Assembly: GCA_022823235.1 (NCBI GenBank)
Contig: JAJDXO010000059.1
Span: 45,393 to 109,392 of the forward strand
Source of the DNA: Rhodospirillales bacterium
GTDB lineage: Bacteria; Pseudomonadota; Alphaproteobacteria; Rhodospirillales; UBA2165
DNA: 64,000 bases
Direction: 5' to 3'
The translations under genes were made by a program, and so were the position numbers. Each line of letters opens with the position of its first letter. Position 1 is the first letter of the stretch. Under the pieces are notes generated by a model that did not search any database, was not told where the DNA came from, and saw only the letters and a program-made list of their open reading frames with translations. Shown piece by piece: positions 1 to 8,758 of this stretch.

Positions 1-387
1 CAGCGCCTTGGAGATGCCGTGGCGCACCGCGCCGGCCTGGCCCGAAAGGCCGCCGCCGGAAACCGTGCACATGACGTCGTACTGGTCGACGCGCCCCACT
101 TCCTGGAACGGCTGGTTGAGCATCATCCGCAGTACGGGGCGCGCGAAGTAGGTCTCCACGTCCCGGTCGTTGACCACGATCTTGCCGCTGCCCGGCTTGA
201 GCCAGACGCGGGCCACCGCATCCTTCCGCTTGCCGGTGGCGTAGGCGCGGCCGTGCTCGTCGAGCACCGGCTCGGCGGGCGCCGCCGGCGCGGCCTGGAC
301 GGGCGCCTCGGCCTCCGCCGCCGCATCGCCGCCTTCGAGCGTTCCTTTGAGTTCCTCGAGGGCCTCCGCTGTCGGTTGATCAGCCAT
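1..387 (-). CDS. rpsI: 30S ribosomal protein S9 (3' end runs off the window edge)
   Basis: Own translation of the minus strand from ATG at 387 gives [16 protein letters not shown]...[81 protein letters not shown], a typical S9 core. It lies 1 nt downstream of rplM, as in the conserved rplM-rpsI operon. It is absent from the ORF track because there is no stop inside the window. Confidence 0.9.
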   Translation of the reverse strand, partial: MADQPTAEALEELKGTLEGGDAAAEAEAPVQAAPAAPAEPVLDEHGRAYATGKRKDAVARVWLKPGSGKIVVNDRDVETYFARPVLRMMLNQPFQEVGRVDQYDVMCTVSGGGLSGQAGAVRHGISKAL

Positions 388-388
388 A

Positions 389-853
389 TCAGGCGCTCCT
401 CTTGTTCTTCGGGTTCATGGCGGCGACGTCCAGCACCTGTGGCTTTTGCGCCTCGTGGGGGTGTTCGGCGCCGGCATAGACGTGCAGTTTGCGCATCTGT
501 TGGCGGCCGAGCGGCGAGCGGGAGATCATTCGCTCGACGGCCTTGTGAACCACCCGCTCCGGGTGCTTGCCGTCGAGAATCTCGCCGGCGGTCGCGCTCT
601 TGATGCCGCCCGGATAGCCGGTGTGACGGTAGTAGGTCTTGTCGGTGCGCTTGTTGCCGGTGAGCCGGACCTTGCCCGCATTGACGACGATGATGTTGTC
701 GCCGCAATCCATATGCGGGGTGAAGGTGGGCTTGTGCTTGCCGCGCAGCCGGGAAGCGACGATGCTGGCGAGCCGGCCAAGGACCACATCCTCGGCGTCG
801 ACCACGAACCAGTCCCGCTGTACGTCGCCGGGTTTGGCCGAATAGGTTTTCAT
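389..853 (-). CDS. rplM: 50S ribosomal protein L13
   Basis: 154-aa [33 protein letters not shown]...[21 protein letters not shown]...[10 protein letters not shown], a clear L13 signature. Confidence 0.95.
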   Translation of the reverse strand: MKTYSAKPGDVQRDWFVVDAEDVVLGRLASIVASRLRGKHKPTFTPHMDCGDNIIVVNAGKVRLTGNKRTDKTYYRHTGYPGGIKSATAGEILDGKHPERVVHKAVERMISRSPLGRQQMRKLHVYAGAEHPHEAQKPQVLDVAAMNPKNKRSA

Positions 854-954
854 ACTTCAATTCCTCTCGAAGACGCGCGAATATACGGTTTCGCGCGCGC
901 AAGTCAACGCCGAAATTTACGAAAAATTCAATGATTTCCAAGGGTTAGAATTGC

Positions 955-984
955 GGTATTATAATACCTAAATCCAATCGTCAA
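955..984 (-). promoter_or_regulatory. Candidate sigma70-type promoter for rplM-rpsI inside a perfect 14-bp palindrome GGTATTATAATACC
   Basis: On the minus strand, TTGACG (979-984) is followed 15-17 nt later by TATAAT/TAATAC inside the palindrome 955-968. It is about 100 nt upstream of the rplM start. Pattern match only. Confidence 0.25.
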
Positions 985-1076
985 AAACATGAGGACGCCG
1001 GCCGGATTATCCCTTGCGGTGCCGGGATCAAACGCGGATTCTTAACGCCGGAGACGCACCCCAAGGAGGCTCCCAA

Positions 1077-1886
1077 ATGCCCGACGCCCCCCAGCCGGAC
1101 CGGATCGACGAAGCCATCCTGCTTCGCGACGACACGGAGACCGGCATCACCACCGTGACCCTGAACCGTCCCGCCAAGCGCAATGCGCTCTCCGACGCCA
1201 TGCTGGCGGAGCTGAAGTCGACCCTCGACGCCATCAACGGGGACCCCGCGGTGCGGGTGGTCATTCTCGCGGCCAACGGTCCGACCTTCTGCGCCGGGCA
1301 TGACCTGAAGGAAATGCGGGCCGACCCCTCCTACGACAACATCCTCAGGCTGTTCACCAATTGCAGCGAGGTGATGCTGACCCTCACACGGATGCGCCAG
1401 CCGGTCATCGCCCGGGTGCATGCGACCGCCGCCGCCGCCGGGTGCCAGCTGGTCTCCGCCTGCGACCTCGCCGTCGCCGGCGAGGACGCCAAGTTCGCCA
1501 CGCCGGGCATCGTCAACGGGCTGTTCTGCTCGACGCCCATGGTGCCGCTCAGCCGAACCGTCGGGCGCAAGGCGGCGATGGAAATGCTGCTCACGGGCAA
1601 TCTCATCGATGCCGAGCGCGCGCTCCGGTTCGGTCTGGTCAACCGGGTGGTGCCCGCCGATCAACTCGACGAGGCGGTGATGGAATTCGCCGAACGGATC
1701 GCCGGCCTGTCGACCAAGTCCATGTCCATGGGCAAGGCGGCGTTCTACAGGCAGATCGACATGGACCTGGACGAGGCTTACGCCTTCACCTCGAAAGTGA
1801 TGGCCGAGAATATGCAGGTCCACGATGCCCGGGAGGGCATCGACGCGTTTCTCGAGAAACGCCATCCCGAATGGCAAGACCGGTAG
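1077..1886 (+). CDS. Enoyl-CoA hydratase/isomerase (crotonase) family protein
   Basis: Motifs ITTVTLNRPAKRNALS and ANGPTFCAGHDLKE. Start moved to ATG 1077 because of the AAGGAGG Shine-Dalgarno sequence 8 nt upstream. Confidence 0.85.
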   Translation: MPDAPQPDRIDEAILLRDDTETGITTVTLNRPAKRNALSDAMLAELKSTLDAINGDPAVRVVILAANGPTFCAGHDLKEMRADPSYDNILRLFTNCSEVMLTLTRMRQPVIARVHATAAAAGCQLVSACDLAVAGEDAKFATPGIVNGLFCSTPMVPLSRTVGRKAAMEMLLTGNLIDAERALRFGLVNRVVPADQLDEAVMEFAERIAGLSTKSMSMGKAAFYRQIDMDLDEAYAFTSKVMAENMQVHDAREGIDAFLEKRHPEWQDR

Positions 1887-1895
1887 GCGCCCGGC

Positions 1896-2390
1896 TTGAG
1901 CCTGCATTATCCCGATACGTCGATCCGCGACATCCTCCGGCGAGTGAAGACCATCGCCATGGTCGGCGCCAGTCCGGATTGGGTCCGACCCAGTCACTTC
2001 GCCATGAAGTATTTGCAGCGCAAGGGCTACCGGGTGATCCCGGTGAACCCGGGAGCGGCCGGCGCCGAGATACTCGGCGAAGAAGTCTACGGTGCGCTGG
2101 CCGACGTCCCGCCCACCTTCGAAATGGTCGACGTGTTCCGCAACTCGGACGCCGCGGGACCGATTACCGACGAGGCCATCGAAATCGCATCCGAAAAAGG
2201 GATCGAAATCATCTGGATGCAGTTGGGTGTGGTCAACCGCGAAGCGGCAGCCCGCGCCGAGGCGGCCGGGCTGTCGGTGGTCATGGACCGCTGCCCCAAA
2301 ATCGAATACGGACGCCTGTTCGGCGAGTTGAGCTGGTCGGGCGTCAACTCCAGGATCATCACCGCCAAGCGCGCCCCCTTCGGACGGTAG
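1896..2390 (+). CDS. CoA-binding domain protein (YccU-like)
   Basis: 164-aa ORF with KTIAMVGASPDWVRPSHFAMKYLQRKGYRVIPVNP, the typical CoA_binding_2 pattern. TTG start in the track. Confidence 0.8.
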   Translation: MSLHYPDTSIRDILRRVKTIAMVGASPDWVRPSHFAMKYLQRKGYRVIPVNPGAAGAEILGEEVYGALADVPPTFEMVDVFRNSDAAGPITDEAIEIASEKGIEIIWMQLGVVNREAAARAEAAGLSVVMDRCPKIEYGRLFGELSWSGVNSRIITAKRAPFGR

Positions 2391-2394
2391 GACC

Positions 2395-3708
2395 ATGAGC
2401 GGCGAAACGAAAAATTCAGGACCCATCGAGTACGGTTTCGAGACCCGGGCGGTTCACGCCGGCGCCCAACCGGACCCGGTCACGGGCGCGCGGGCCACAC
2501 CCATCTACCAGACGACGTCCTACGTTTTCGACGACACCGAACATGCCGCCGATCTGTTCAACCTGTCCCGGTTCGGCTTCATCTATTCCCGGCTCGGCAA
2601 CCCGACCGTCTCGGTGCTGGAGGAGCGTGTCGCCAGTCTGGAAGACGGGCGCGCCGGCCTCGCGGCGGCATCCGGCCATGCGGCCCAGTTCCTGACCTTC
2701 TTCACCCTGCTGGAGCCCGGCGACGAGTTCGTCGCGTCGCGCAATCTATATGGCGGCTCGGTGACCCAGTTCGGCCTGTCGTTCAAGCGGCTGGGGTGGA
2801 CCTGTCATTTCGTCGACCCGGCCGACCCGGAAAACTTCCGCGACGCCCTGACGCCGAAGACCAAGGCGATCTTCCTCGAAGTGCTTGCCAATCCCGGCGG
2901 CATCGTCGTCGATCTGGAGCCGGTGGTGGAGATCGCGCGCGAGGCCGGCATTCCGGTGATCGTCGACAACACCATGGCGTCTCCCTATCTTTGCCAGCCG
3001 ATCAAATGGGGCGCCGACATCGTCATACACTCGACCACCAAGTACCTTTCCGGGCACGGTAATTCCATGGGCGGCGTGATCGTCGAGAGCGGCAAATTCG
3101 ACTGGCTCCAGGGCGGCAAATTCCCGGGCATGACCGAGCCGGACCCGGCCTATCACGGCCTCACCTTCTACGAAACCTTCGGCGACTTCGGCTTCACCAC
3201 CAAGGCCCGCGCCGTCGCGCTCCGGGATTTCGGGCCGACCATGGCGCCGCTGAATGCGTTTCTGACCATCACCGGGATCGAGACCCTGGCGCTGCGCATG
3301 GACCGGCACGTGTCCAACGCCCAAAAGGCTGCCGAGTTCCTGGAAGCGCATCCGGCCGTCGATTGGGTGTCCTACGCCGGATTGGCGTCAAGCCCGTATC
3401 ACGGACACGCGGCGAAGTACCTCCCCAATGGGCCCGGCGCCACGTTCACCTTCGGCCTCAAGGGCGGCTTCGATGCCGGCGTCAAAACGGTCGAGGCCTG
3501 CGAGCTGTTTTCCCATCTCGCCAACGTCGGCGACACGCGGAGCCTGATCATCCACCCCGCCTCGACGACCCACCGGCAGCTTACCGAGGAGCAGCAGGTC
3601 GCCGCCGGGGCCGGTCCCGACGTCATCCGGCTGTCCATCGGGATCGAGAGCGCCGGCGACATCCTGCGTGATTTGGATCAAGCGCTGGGTGCCGCCCGAA
3701 TGGCATAA
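2395..3708 (+). CDS. metY: O-acetylhomoserine sulfhydrylase (PLP-dependent Cys/Met metabolism family)
   Basis: 437 aa with PIYQTTSYVFDD, SRLGNPTVSVLEERVA, and STTKYLSGHGNSMGG containing the PLP lysine. Confidence 0.9.
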   Translation: MSGETKNSGPIEYGFETRAVHAGAQPDPVTGARATPIYQTTSYVFDDTEHAADLFNLSRFGFIYSRLGNPTVSVLEERVASLEDGRAGLAAASGHAAQFLTFFTLLEPGDEFVASRNLYGGSVTQFGLSFKRLGWTCHFVDPADPENFRDALTPKTKAIFLEVLANPGGIVVDLEPVVEIAREAGIPVIVDNTMASPYLCQPIKWGADIVIHSTTKYLSGHGNSMGGVIVESGKFDWLQGGKFPGMTEPDPAYHGLTFYETFGDFGFTTKARAVALRDFGPTMAPLNAFLTITGIETLALRMDRHVSNAQKAAEFLEAHPAVDWVSYAGLASSPYHGHAAKYLPNGPGATFTFGLKGGFDAGVKTVEACELFSHLANVGDTRSLIIHPASTTHRQLTEEQQVAAGAGPDVIRLSIGIESAGDILRDLDQALGAARMA

Positions 3709-3716
3709 CCGCTGCC

Positions 3717-4910
3717 ATGAACAGCCTGAAACACCGCGCCCACGCGTTCCTTGAGCTCTCGGTCCCCGGGGACCGTTGGGGCTACGCCTTCGACTGGTTC
3801 ATGGTCGCGCTGATCTCCGCCAATGTGATCGCGGTCATTTTGGAGACGGTCCCGGCGCTCTCGGAGGCCTATGGGACATTCTTCAACTATTTCGACATCG
3901 TTTCGGTCATCATCTTCACCGTCGAATATGTGCTCCGCGTGTGGTCGTGCACGGCGGACCGGGCCCGCGATTACGGCCATCCCGTCAAGGGCCGGATCAA
4001 GTTCATCCTGTCGCCGCTCGGGATCATCGATCTCCTGGCGATCCTGCCCTTCTATCTCGGCTTCCTCATCGATGCCGATCTCAGAATCCTGAGGGTGTTC
4101 CGGCTGATCCGGCTGCTCAAGCTCACCCGCTATTCGCCGGCCCTCATCGTCATCGGCGCGGTGATCAGGAACCAGTCCAAGGCGTTGACCGCGGCCCTGT
4201 TCCTGATGCTCACGGCTCTGGTCCTGACGTCGAGCATCATCTTCGCCGTCGAGCACCGGGTACAGCCCGACAAGTTCGGCTCCATCCCGGACGCCATGTG
4301 GTGGGGCATCGCCACGCTGACCACGGTCGGTTACGGCGACGTCACCCCGATCACTCCCTTGGGTAAATTCTTCGGCGCGGTGACCATGATCCTGGGTATC
4401 GGTATGTTCGCCCTGCCCACCGGCGTCATCGCCACCGGCTTCGCCAACGAGATCCGCAAGCACGAATTCATCGTCAACTGGCGGCTGGTTTCGCGGGTGC
4501 CGCTGTTCAATGACCTCGATGCCGCCCAGATCGCCGAGATCGTCAATCTGCTGAACCCGCTGGTGGTGCCGCCCCGTCACGCCGTGGTCCGCATGGGCGA
4601 ACCCGGGGACAGCATGTTCTTCGTTATCTCCGGCGAGTTGGAAGTGGAGGCGCCGGGCCAACCGTTCAAGCTCGGCGAGGGAGAATTCTTCGGTGAGATG
4701 GGCCTGCTGCGCAATACGGTCAGGCTCACCGACGTAATCTCGCTGACCGACTGTCAGCTGCTTGAACTCACGGCGGAAAATTTCTGGAAACTGATCGACA
4801 TCCACCCGGATCTCGGCGACCGGGTTCGCGAGGTGATGGAGCACCGGCTGACGATGGCCGACGACGTGACCACCCGGGTGGTGAACGGCTTTAGCACTCC
4901 GGCAGGTTGA
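3717..4910 (+). CDS. Cyclic-nucleotide-gated potassium channel (6TM ion-transport domain plus C-terminal cNMP-binding domain)
   Basis: Arg-rich S4 helix RILRVFRLIRLLKLTR, selectivity filter TTVGYGDV, and a C-terminal cNMP-binding beta-roll (FFGEMGLL...). MloK1-like architecture. Confidence 0.85.
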   Translation: MNSLKHRAHAFLELSVPGDRWGYAFDWFMVALISANVIAVILETVPALSEAYGTFFNYFDIVSVIIFTVEYVLRVWSCTADRARDYGHPVKGRIKFILSPLGIIDLLAILPFYLGFLIDADLRILRVFRLIRLLKLTRYSPALIVIGAVIRNQSKALTAALFLMLTALVLTSSIIFAVEHRVQPDKFGSIPDAMWWGIATLTTVGYGDVTPITPLGKFFGAVTMILGIGMFALPTGVIATGFANEIRKHEFIVNWRLVSRVPLFNDLDAAQIAEIVNLLNPLVVPPRHAVVRMGEPGDSMFFVISGELEVEAPGQPFKLGEGEFFGEMGLLRNTVRLTDVISLTDCQLLELTAENFWKLIDIHPDLGDRVREVMEHRLTMADDVTTRVVNGFSTPAG

Positions 4911-6267
4911 CCGCGAGGCCGCCGAGGCTGGTTTCCTTGAACTTGGAACTCATGTCGGCGCCGATCTGGCGCATGGCCTCGATGCAATTGTCGAGGGGCA
5001 TGAAATGGCTGCCGTCCCCGTGCAGGGCCAGCGACGCGGCCGACACCGCCTTGATGGCGCCGATGCCGTTGCGCTCGATGCACGGCACCTGGACGAGGCC
5101 GCCCGCCGGGTCGCAGGTCATGCCGAGATGGTGCTCCAAGGCGATCTCGGCGGCGTTCTCGACCTGTGCCGGCGAGCCGCCGAGCGCCGCCGCCAGTCCG
5201 GCCGCCGCCATCGCCGACGCCGAGCCGACCTCGGCCTGGCAGCCGCATTCCGCGCCGGAGATGGAGGCGTTGGCCTTGATCAGACCGCCGATGGCCGCCG
5301 CGGTCAGCAGGATGTCGGCGATCCCGTCCTTGGTCACACCGACGCAGTGGTCGCGGTAGTAGCGGATGACCGACGGGATGACGCCCGCGGCGCCATTGGT
5401 CGGCGCGGTGACGACCCGGCCGCCGGCTGCGTTCTCTTCATTGACCGCCATGGCGTAGACCGAGAGCCAATCCACCACCTGGTGAGGCTGCAGGCTGTTC
5501 GATCCCCGCTCGGCGATCAGGCGCTCATGGATGCCGCGGGCGCGGCGGGCGACATCAAGGCCGCCGGGCAGACTGCCCTGCGCCGCGAGACCGCGCTCGA
5601 TGCAGCCTTCCATCACCGACCACACACGGGAAAGGCCGTCATTCAGTTCGGCCTCGGTCATGACGGTAAGTTCGTTCGCCCGCTTCATGCCGGCGATGGA
5701 GAGCCCCGAGGCCGATGACATCTCCAGCATCTCGGCGGCGCTCCCGAATGGATACGGGACCGGACGGCCTTCCGCCTCCCCCGTACCGGCATGGGTCAGT
5801 TCCTCCGCCGACAGGACGAAGCCGCCGCCGATCGAGTAGTAGGTTTCCGACGCGAGATCGCTGCCGTCCGCCCCGACGGCTGCGAATGTCAGCCCATTTG
5901 GATGACCCGGCAGCGGCGCCGCCAGATCAAGATGCAGGTCCGCTTCCGGCGAGAATGCCATCGCCGGAAGCCCGGGCGGCGCAACCCGATGATCTCCCCG
6001 CACCCGCGCCTCGATCGCATCGGCCCGGTCGGGGTCCACCGACGACGGATCGCAGCCCATGAGACCCAGAATGACGGCGCGGTCGGTACCGTGACCCTTC
6101 CCCGTGTGCGCCAGTGATCCGTAGAGCGTACAGCCCACCCGCTCCGGCGCGTGCCCGTCCCGGCGCAGCAAATCGAGAAATCGCGCCGCCGCCACCATCG
6201 GCCCCATGGTGTGGGAGCTCGACGGACCGATGCCGATCTTGAACAACTCGAAGACGCTGACGAACAT
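4891..6267 (-). CDS. sdaA: L-serine ammonia-lyase (L-serine dehydratase, Fe-S type)
   Basis: 458 aa with N-terminus [24 protein letters not shown] and fused alpha/beta domains. The 3' end overlaps the convergent channel gene by 20 nt. Confidence 0.9.
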   Translation of the reverse strand: MFVSVFELFKIGIGPSSSHTMGPMVAAARFLDLLRRDGHAPERVGCTLYGSLAHTGKGHGTDRAVILGLMGCDPSSVDPDRADAIEARVRGDHRVAPPGLPAMAFSPEADLHLDLAAPLPGHPNGLTFAAVGADGSDLASETYYSIGGGFVLSAEELTHAGTGEAEGRPVPYPFGSAAEMLEMSSASGLSIAGMKRANELTVMTEAELNDGLSRVWSVMEGCIERGLAAQGSLPGGLDVARRARGIHERLIAERGSNSLQPHQVVDWLSVYAMAVNEENAAGGRVVTAPTNGAAGVIPSVIRYYRDHCVGVTKDGIADILLTAAAIGGLIKANASISGAECGCQAEVGSASAMAAAGLAAALGGSPAQVENAAEIALEHHLGMTCDPAGGLVQVPCIERNGIGAIKAVSAASLALHGDGSHFMPLDNCIEAMRQIGADMSSKFKETSLGGLAVNLPEC

Positions 6268-6311
6268 GACGCTCCCTCACCTCGAATTCCCATCGCCGGG
6301 CGAGGGGCCGG

Positions 6312-6827
6312 TTATTCCTTTTCCGACCTGGCTTCGACCAGCATGTCGCAGATTTCGCGCACCGCCCCCTCACCGCCTTTTTTCCCGGTGACATAAACCG
6401 CCGCCGCCAGCGCCTCGTCGGTTGCATCGGCAACGGTTATCGGGCAGCCGACCGCCTCGAATACCGGCAGGTCGTTCCGGTCGTCGCCCACATGGGCTAC
6501 GTGAGCGAGGTCGATATCGAGTTCCCTGCACAGCACCGAAAGGGTGTCGAGTTTGTCTTCGCTGGCCAGAAAGACGTACTCGATGCCGAGCCGTTCGGCG
6601 CGATGGGCGATGGATCGGGACCGGCTCGCGGTAATGATCGCGACGGGGATGCCCATCGCCTGGACGAGCTGCATACCGAGCCCGTCCTTGACGTTGAATT
6701 TCCGCATTTCTTCGCCTGAATCCGCGTAGTAGAGCCCGCCATCGGTGAGTACGCCGTCCGTGTCCAGCGACAACAGCCGGACCCCGGCCAGGAGCGCCCG
6801 CAGGCCGTCGTCTTGCAGTTCGTTCAT
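6312..6827 (-). CDS. kdsC: KdsC-like HAD-superfamily phosphatase (3-deoxy-D-manno-octulosonate-8-phosphate phosphatase family)
   Basis: LSLDTDGVLTDG (DxD motif), FNVKDGLGM, GDDRNDLPV. 4-nt ATGA overlap with kdsB. Confidence 0.7.
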   Translation of the reverse strand: MNELQDDGLRALLAGVRLLSLDTDGVLTDGGLYYADSGEEMRKFNVKDGLGMQLVQAMGIPVAIITASRSRSIAHRAERLGIEYVFLASEDKLDTLSVLCRELDIDLAHVAHVGDDRNDLPVFEAVGCPITVADATDEALAAAVYVTGKKGGEGAVREICDMLVEARSEKE

Positions 6828-7564
6828 CGTGCGCCCTCCCCGGCTTTCATCAACGCCTCGACCCGTGCCGCGTCTTCGGGCGTATCCACCCCGATTGAGC
6901 CCGGCGCCACCGCCACGGCGGCGACCCGTTCGCCGCGTTCCAGGAACCGGAGTATCTCCATGCTCTCCGCCCGTTCCACCGGTCCGCGCTCATAGCCGGC
7001 GTAGCGCGCCAGGGAGTCCGGCGTGAATGCGTAGAGACCGACATGGACGGTCGGCGTCATCGCCTCGCCCATGGCATAGGGGATGGGGTAACGGGAAAAC
7101 GATATGGCGCAGCCGTCCATGCCCGGCAGCAGGTGGACGACGGAGGGGTCGGCCTGCTGTTCCGGGCTCGCGCCGTCAACATAACCGGTGGCGACATCGA
7201 TCCCCCGGGGGATCGCATCCAGCAGACAGCGCGCCACCGCATCGATGGAGTCGGGATGGATCAGCGGTTCGTCGCCCTGGACGTTCACATAGACGTCCGC
7301 CGGCCGGTTGCGGGCCACTTCGGCCAGCCGGTCGGTGCCCGTCGGATGTTCGCCGGAGGTCATTTCATAGGCCATCCGGTTTGCTTCGCACACCTCGGCA
7401 ATCCGTTCGTCATCGGTGGCGATCACCACCTCGTCGACGGCCGCCGCCGCCGCCGCCCGATCCCAGACATGGGCGATCATCGGCCGCCCGGCGATGAGCG
7501 TTACCGGCTTGCCGGGAAACCGCGTCGAGGCCCAGCGGGCGGGGATAACGGCCAAGACAGTCAT
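6824..7564 (-). CDS. kdsB: 3-deoxy-manno-octulosonate cytidylyltransferase (CMP-Kdo synthetase)
   Basis: VIPARWASTRFPGKP, GTDRLAEV and VNVQGDEPL align with my recollection of E. coli KdsB. Confidence 0.85.
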   Translation of the reverse strand: MTVLAVIPARWASTRFPGKPVTLIAGRPMIAHVWDRAAAAAAVDEVVIATDDERIAEVCEANRMAYEMTSGEHPTGTDRLAEVARNRPADVYVNVQGDEPLIHPDSIDAVARCLLDAIPRGIDVATGYVDGASPEQQADPSVVHLLPGMDGCAISFSRYPIPYAMGEAMTPTVHVGLYAFTPDSLARYAGYERGPVERAESMEILRFLERGERVAAVAVAPGSIGVDTPEDAARVEALMKAGEGAR

Positions 7565-7585
7565 GCGGCGAGTATAATCAACAAC

Positions 7586-8035
7586 TTAGCCTGGACTAGC
7601 CAAATCGGGAGCCGCGGCGCGGGCCTCCCGTTCCTGGCGCCAGCGCATGGTCTTCAACAAGGTCTCGATGGTGATCGAGCCGAACGTGGCGCGGGCGATA
7701 TCGTCGATCTCTCCCAGTACCAGATCGAGGGCCCGGCCGATCTCCGTATCCGCCCCGTCGCCGCTCCCCGTGTCCGACGAGATGTCCTCGAACAGGCTGA
7801 TCACGTCGAGCAGCGTCACCCGCCGGGCATTGCCCGAGAACCGGTAGCCGCCGCCGGCACCGCGCGCCGAATCCACCAGACCGGCCCGCCCGAGGTCACG
7901 CAGCACCTTGGCGAGATGGTTGCCGGAAATCCCGTAGGCGGCGGCGATGTCGGTGGCCGATAGCTGCTCATCCGGATTGGCCGCCAATTCGAGAACCGCG
8001 TACAGCCCGTAACGGGTGGCTTTTTGAAGCTTCAT
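7586..8035 (-). CDS. Rrf2-family transcriptional regulator
   Basis: MKLQKATRYGLYAVLELA...ISGNHLAKVLRDLGRAGLVDSARGAGGGYRF, a typical Rrf2 winged helix. I see no 3-Cys cluster motif. Confidence 0.85.
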   Translation of the reverse strand: MKLQKATRYGLYAVLELAANPDEQLSATDIAAAYGISGNHLAKVLRDLGRAGLVDSARGAGGGYRFSGNARRVTLLDVISLFEDISSDTGSGDGADTEIGRALDLVLGEIDDIARATFGSITIETLLKTMRWRQEREARAAAPDLASPG

Positions 8036-8047
8036 CGGCGGCGTCCG

Positions 8048-8557
8048 CTAATCAATGGGCTTCTCCAGTTCGATGAATGAACCGGCCATCATGCCCTGGG
8101 AACGGAAGAACGACATATTGAGCTGGTCGTGGCGCGCCAGCATGGTGCGCACGGTCTTGACCCCGTCGGCGGCAAACCGCTCACAGATGGCATCGAACAA
8201 GGCCGAGCCGACGCCCGCGACCCGGCGTTCATGCACCACGCCGATGGTCAGGATCCAGCCGCAGGGCCGGGAGCCGAATTCCCAGGCGCGCACCTCGCCG
8301 ACGATGAACCCCAAAAACTCGTGATCGGAGGACGCGCTCTCGGCGATCAGGAAGTGCTGCCCGGGGTGGCGTTCGGTTTCATGAAACGTCTCGCCCCAAT
8401 AGTCCGGTTTGTGGAGGCCCGTATTGTCGCCGTCCAACTCGATCACCAGCGGCAGGTCGTTGGCGGTGGCCCGGCGGACCAGGACATCCGCCTCCCCGTC
8501 GCCGGTGGCGTGACGGGTGGCGTTGTCGTTGGCGAGCAATGTGGTGTCGTCGGTCAT
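8048..8557 (-). CDS. GNAT-family N-acetyltransferase
   Basis: Acetyl-CoA binding segment VVHERRVAGVGSALFDAICERF. The start is uncertain: ATG 8557 is chosen, and ATG 8620 is possible but lies inside the upstream palindrome. Confidence 0.7.
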   Translation of the reverse strand: MTDDTTLLANDNATRHATGDGEADVLVRRATANDLPLVIELDGDNTGLHKPDYWGETFHETERHPGQHFLIAESASSDHEFLGFIVGEVRAWEFGSRPCGWILTIGVVHERRVAGVGSALFDAICERFAADGVKTVRTMLARHDQLNMSFFRSQGMMAGSFIELEKPID

Positions 8558-8618
8558 TTGATTTCGACGGCTCAACTTGGTGCGATTCGCGTATTGACAC
8601 AATGGGGCGGTTCGCGGC

Positions 8619-8654
8619 ATAAGTAAATAGGTATTTCGGTACCGATTTACTTAT
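8619..8654. promoter_or_regulatory. AT-rich operator-like inverted repeat ATAAGTAAAT-N16-ATTTACTTAT in the GNAT / boxC divergent region
   Basis: Perfect 10-bp arms at 8619-8628 and 8645-8654. The embedded palindrome TCGGTACCGA is at 8636-8645. The site is a conspicuous AT-rich patch in a GC-rich genome. Confidence 0.3.
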
Positions 8655-8758
8655 AAAGGCAGAAAACCCCATAATTCGGACGTTTTAGGGAACCCGGGCC
8701 GCCTCCATCAAGACATGGCGGGGCCGGGAATCGGGAGAAAGAAGGACTTGGACCCGTC

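Noticed and set aside
1887-2394. SAM-type riboswitch controlling metY.
   Set aside because: metY starts 4 nt after the CoA-binding protein gene, and that gene starts 9 nt after the enoyl-CoA hydratase gene. There is no leader long enough for a riboswitch.
981-2426. Very long alternate-frame or antisense ORFs. Examples: 981-2426 (-), 10389-11828 (-), 10496-11941 (+), 24599-26617 (-), 46019-48139 (+), 58930-60747 (+), 20187-21827 (-), 31378-32343 (-).
   Set aside because: They overlap ORFs with clear family signatures on the other strand or frame. Their translations are dominated by R/G/A/P/D runs typical of stop-poor frames in high-GC DNA, and they have no recognisable motifs. They were treated as GC artefacts.
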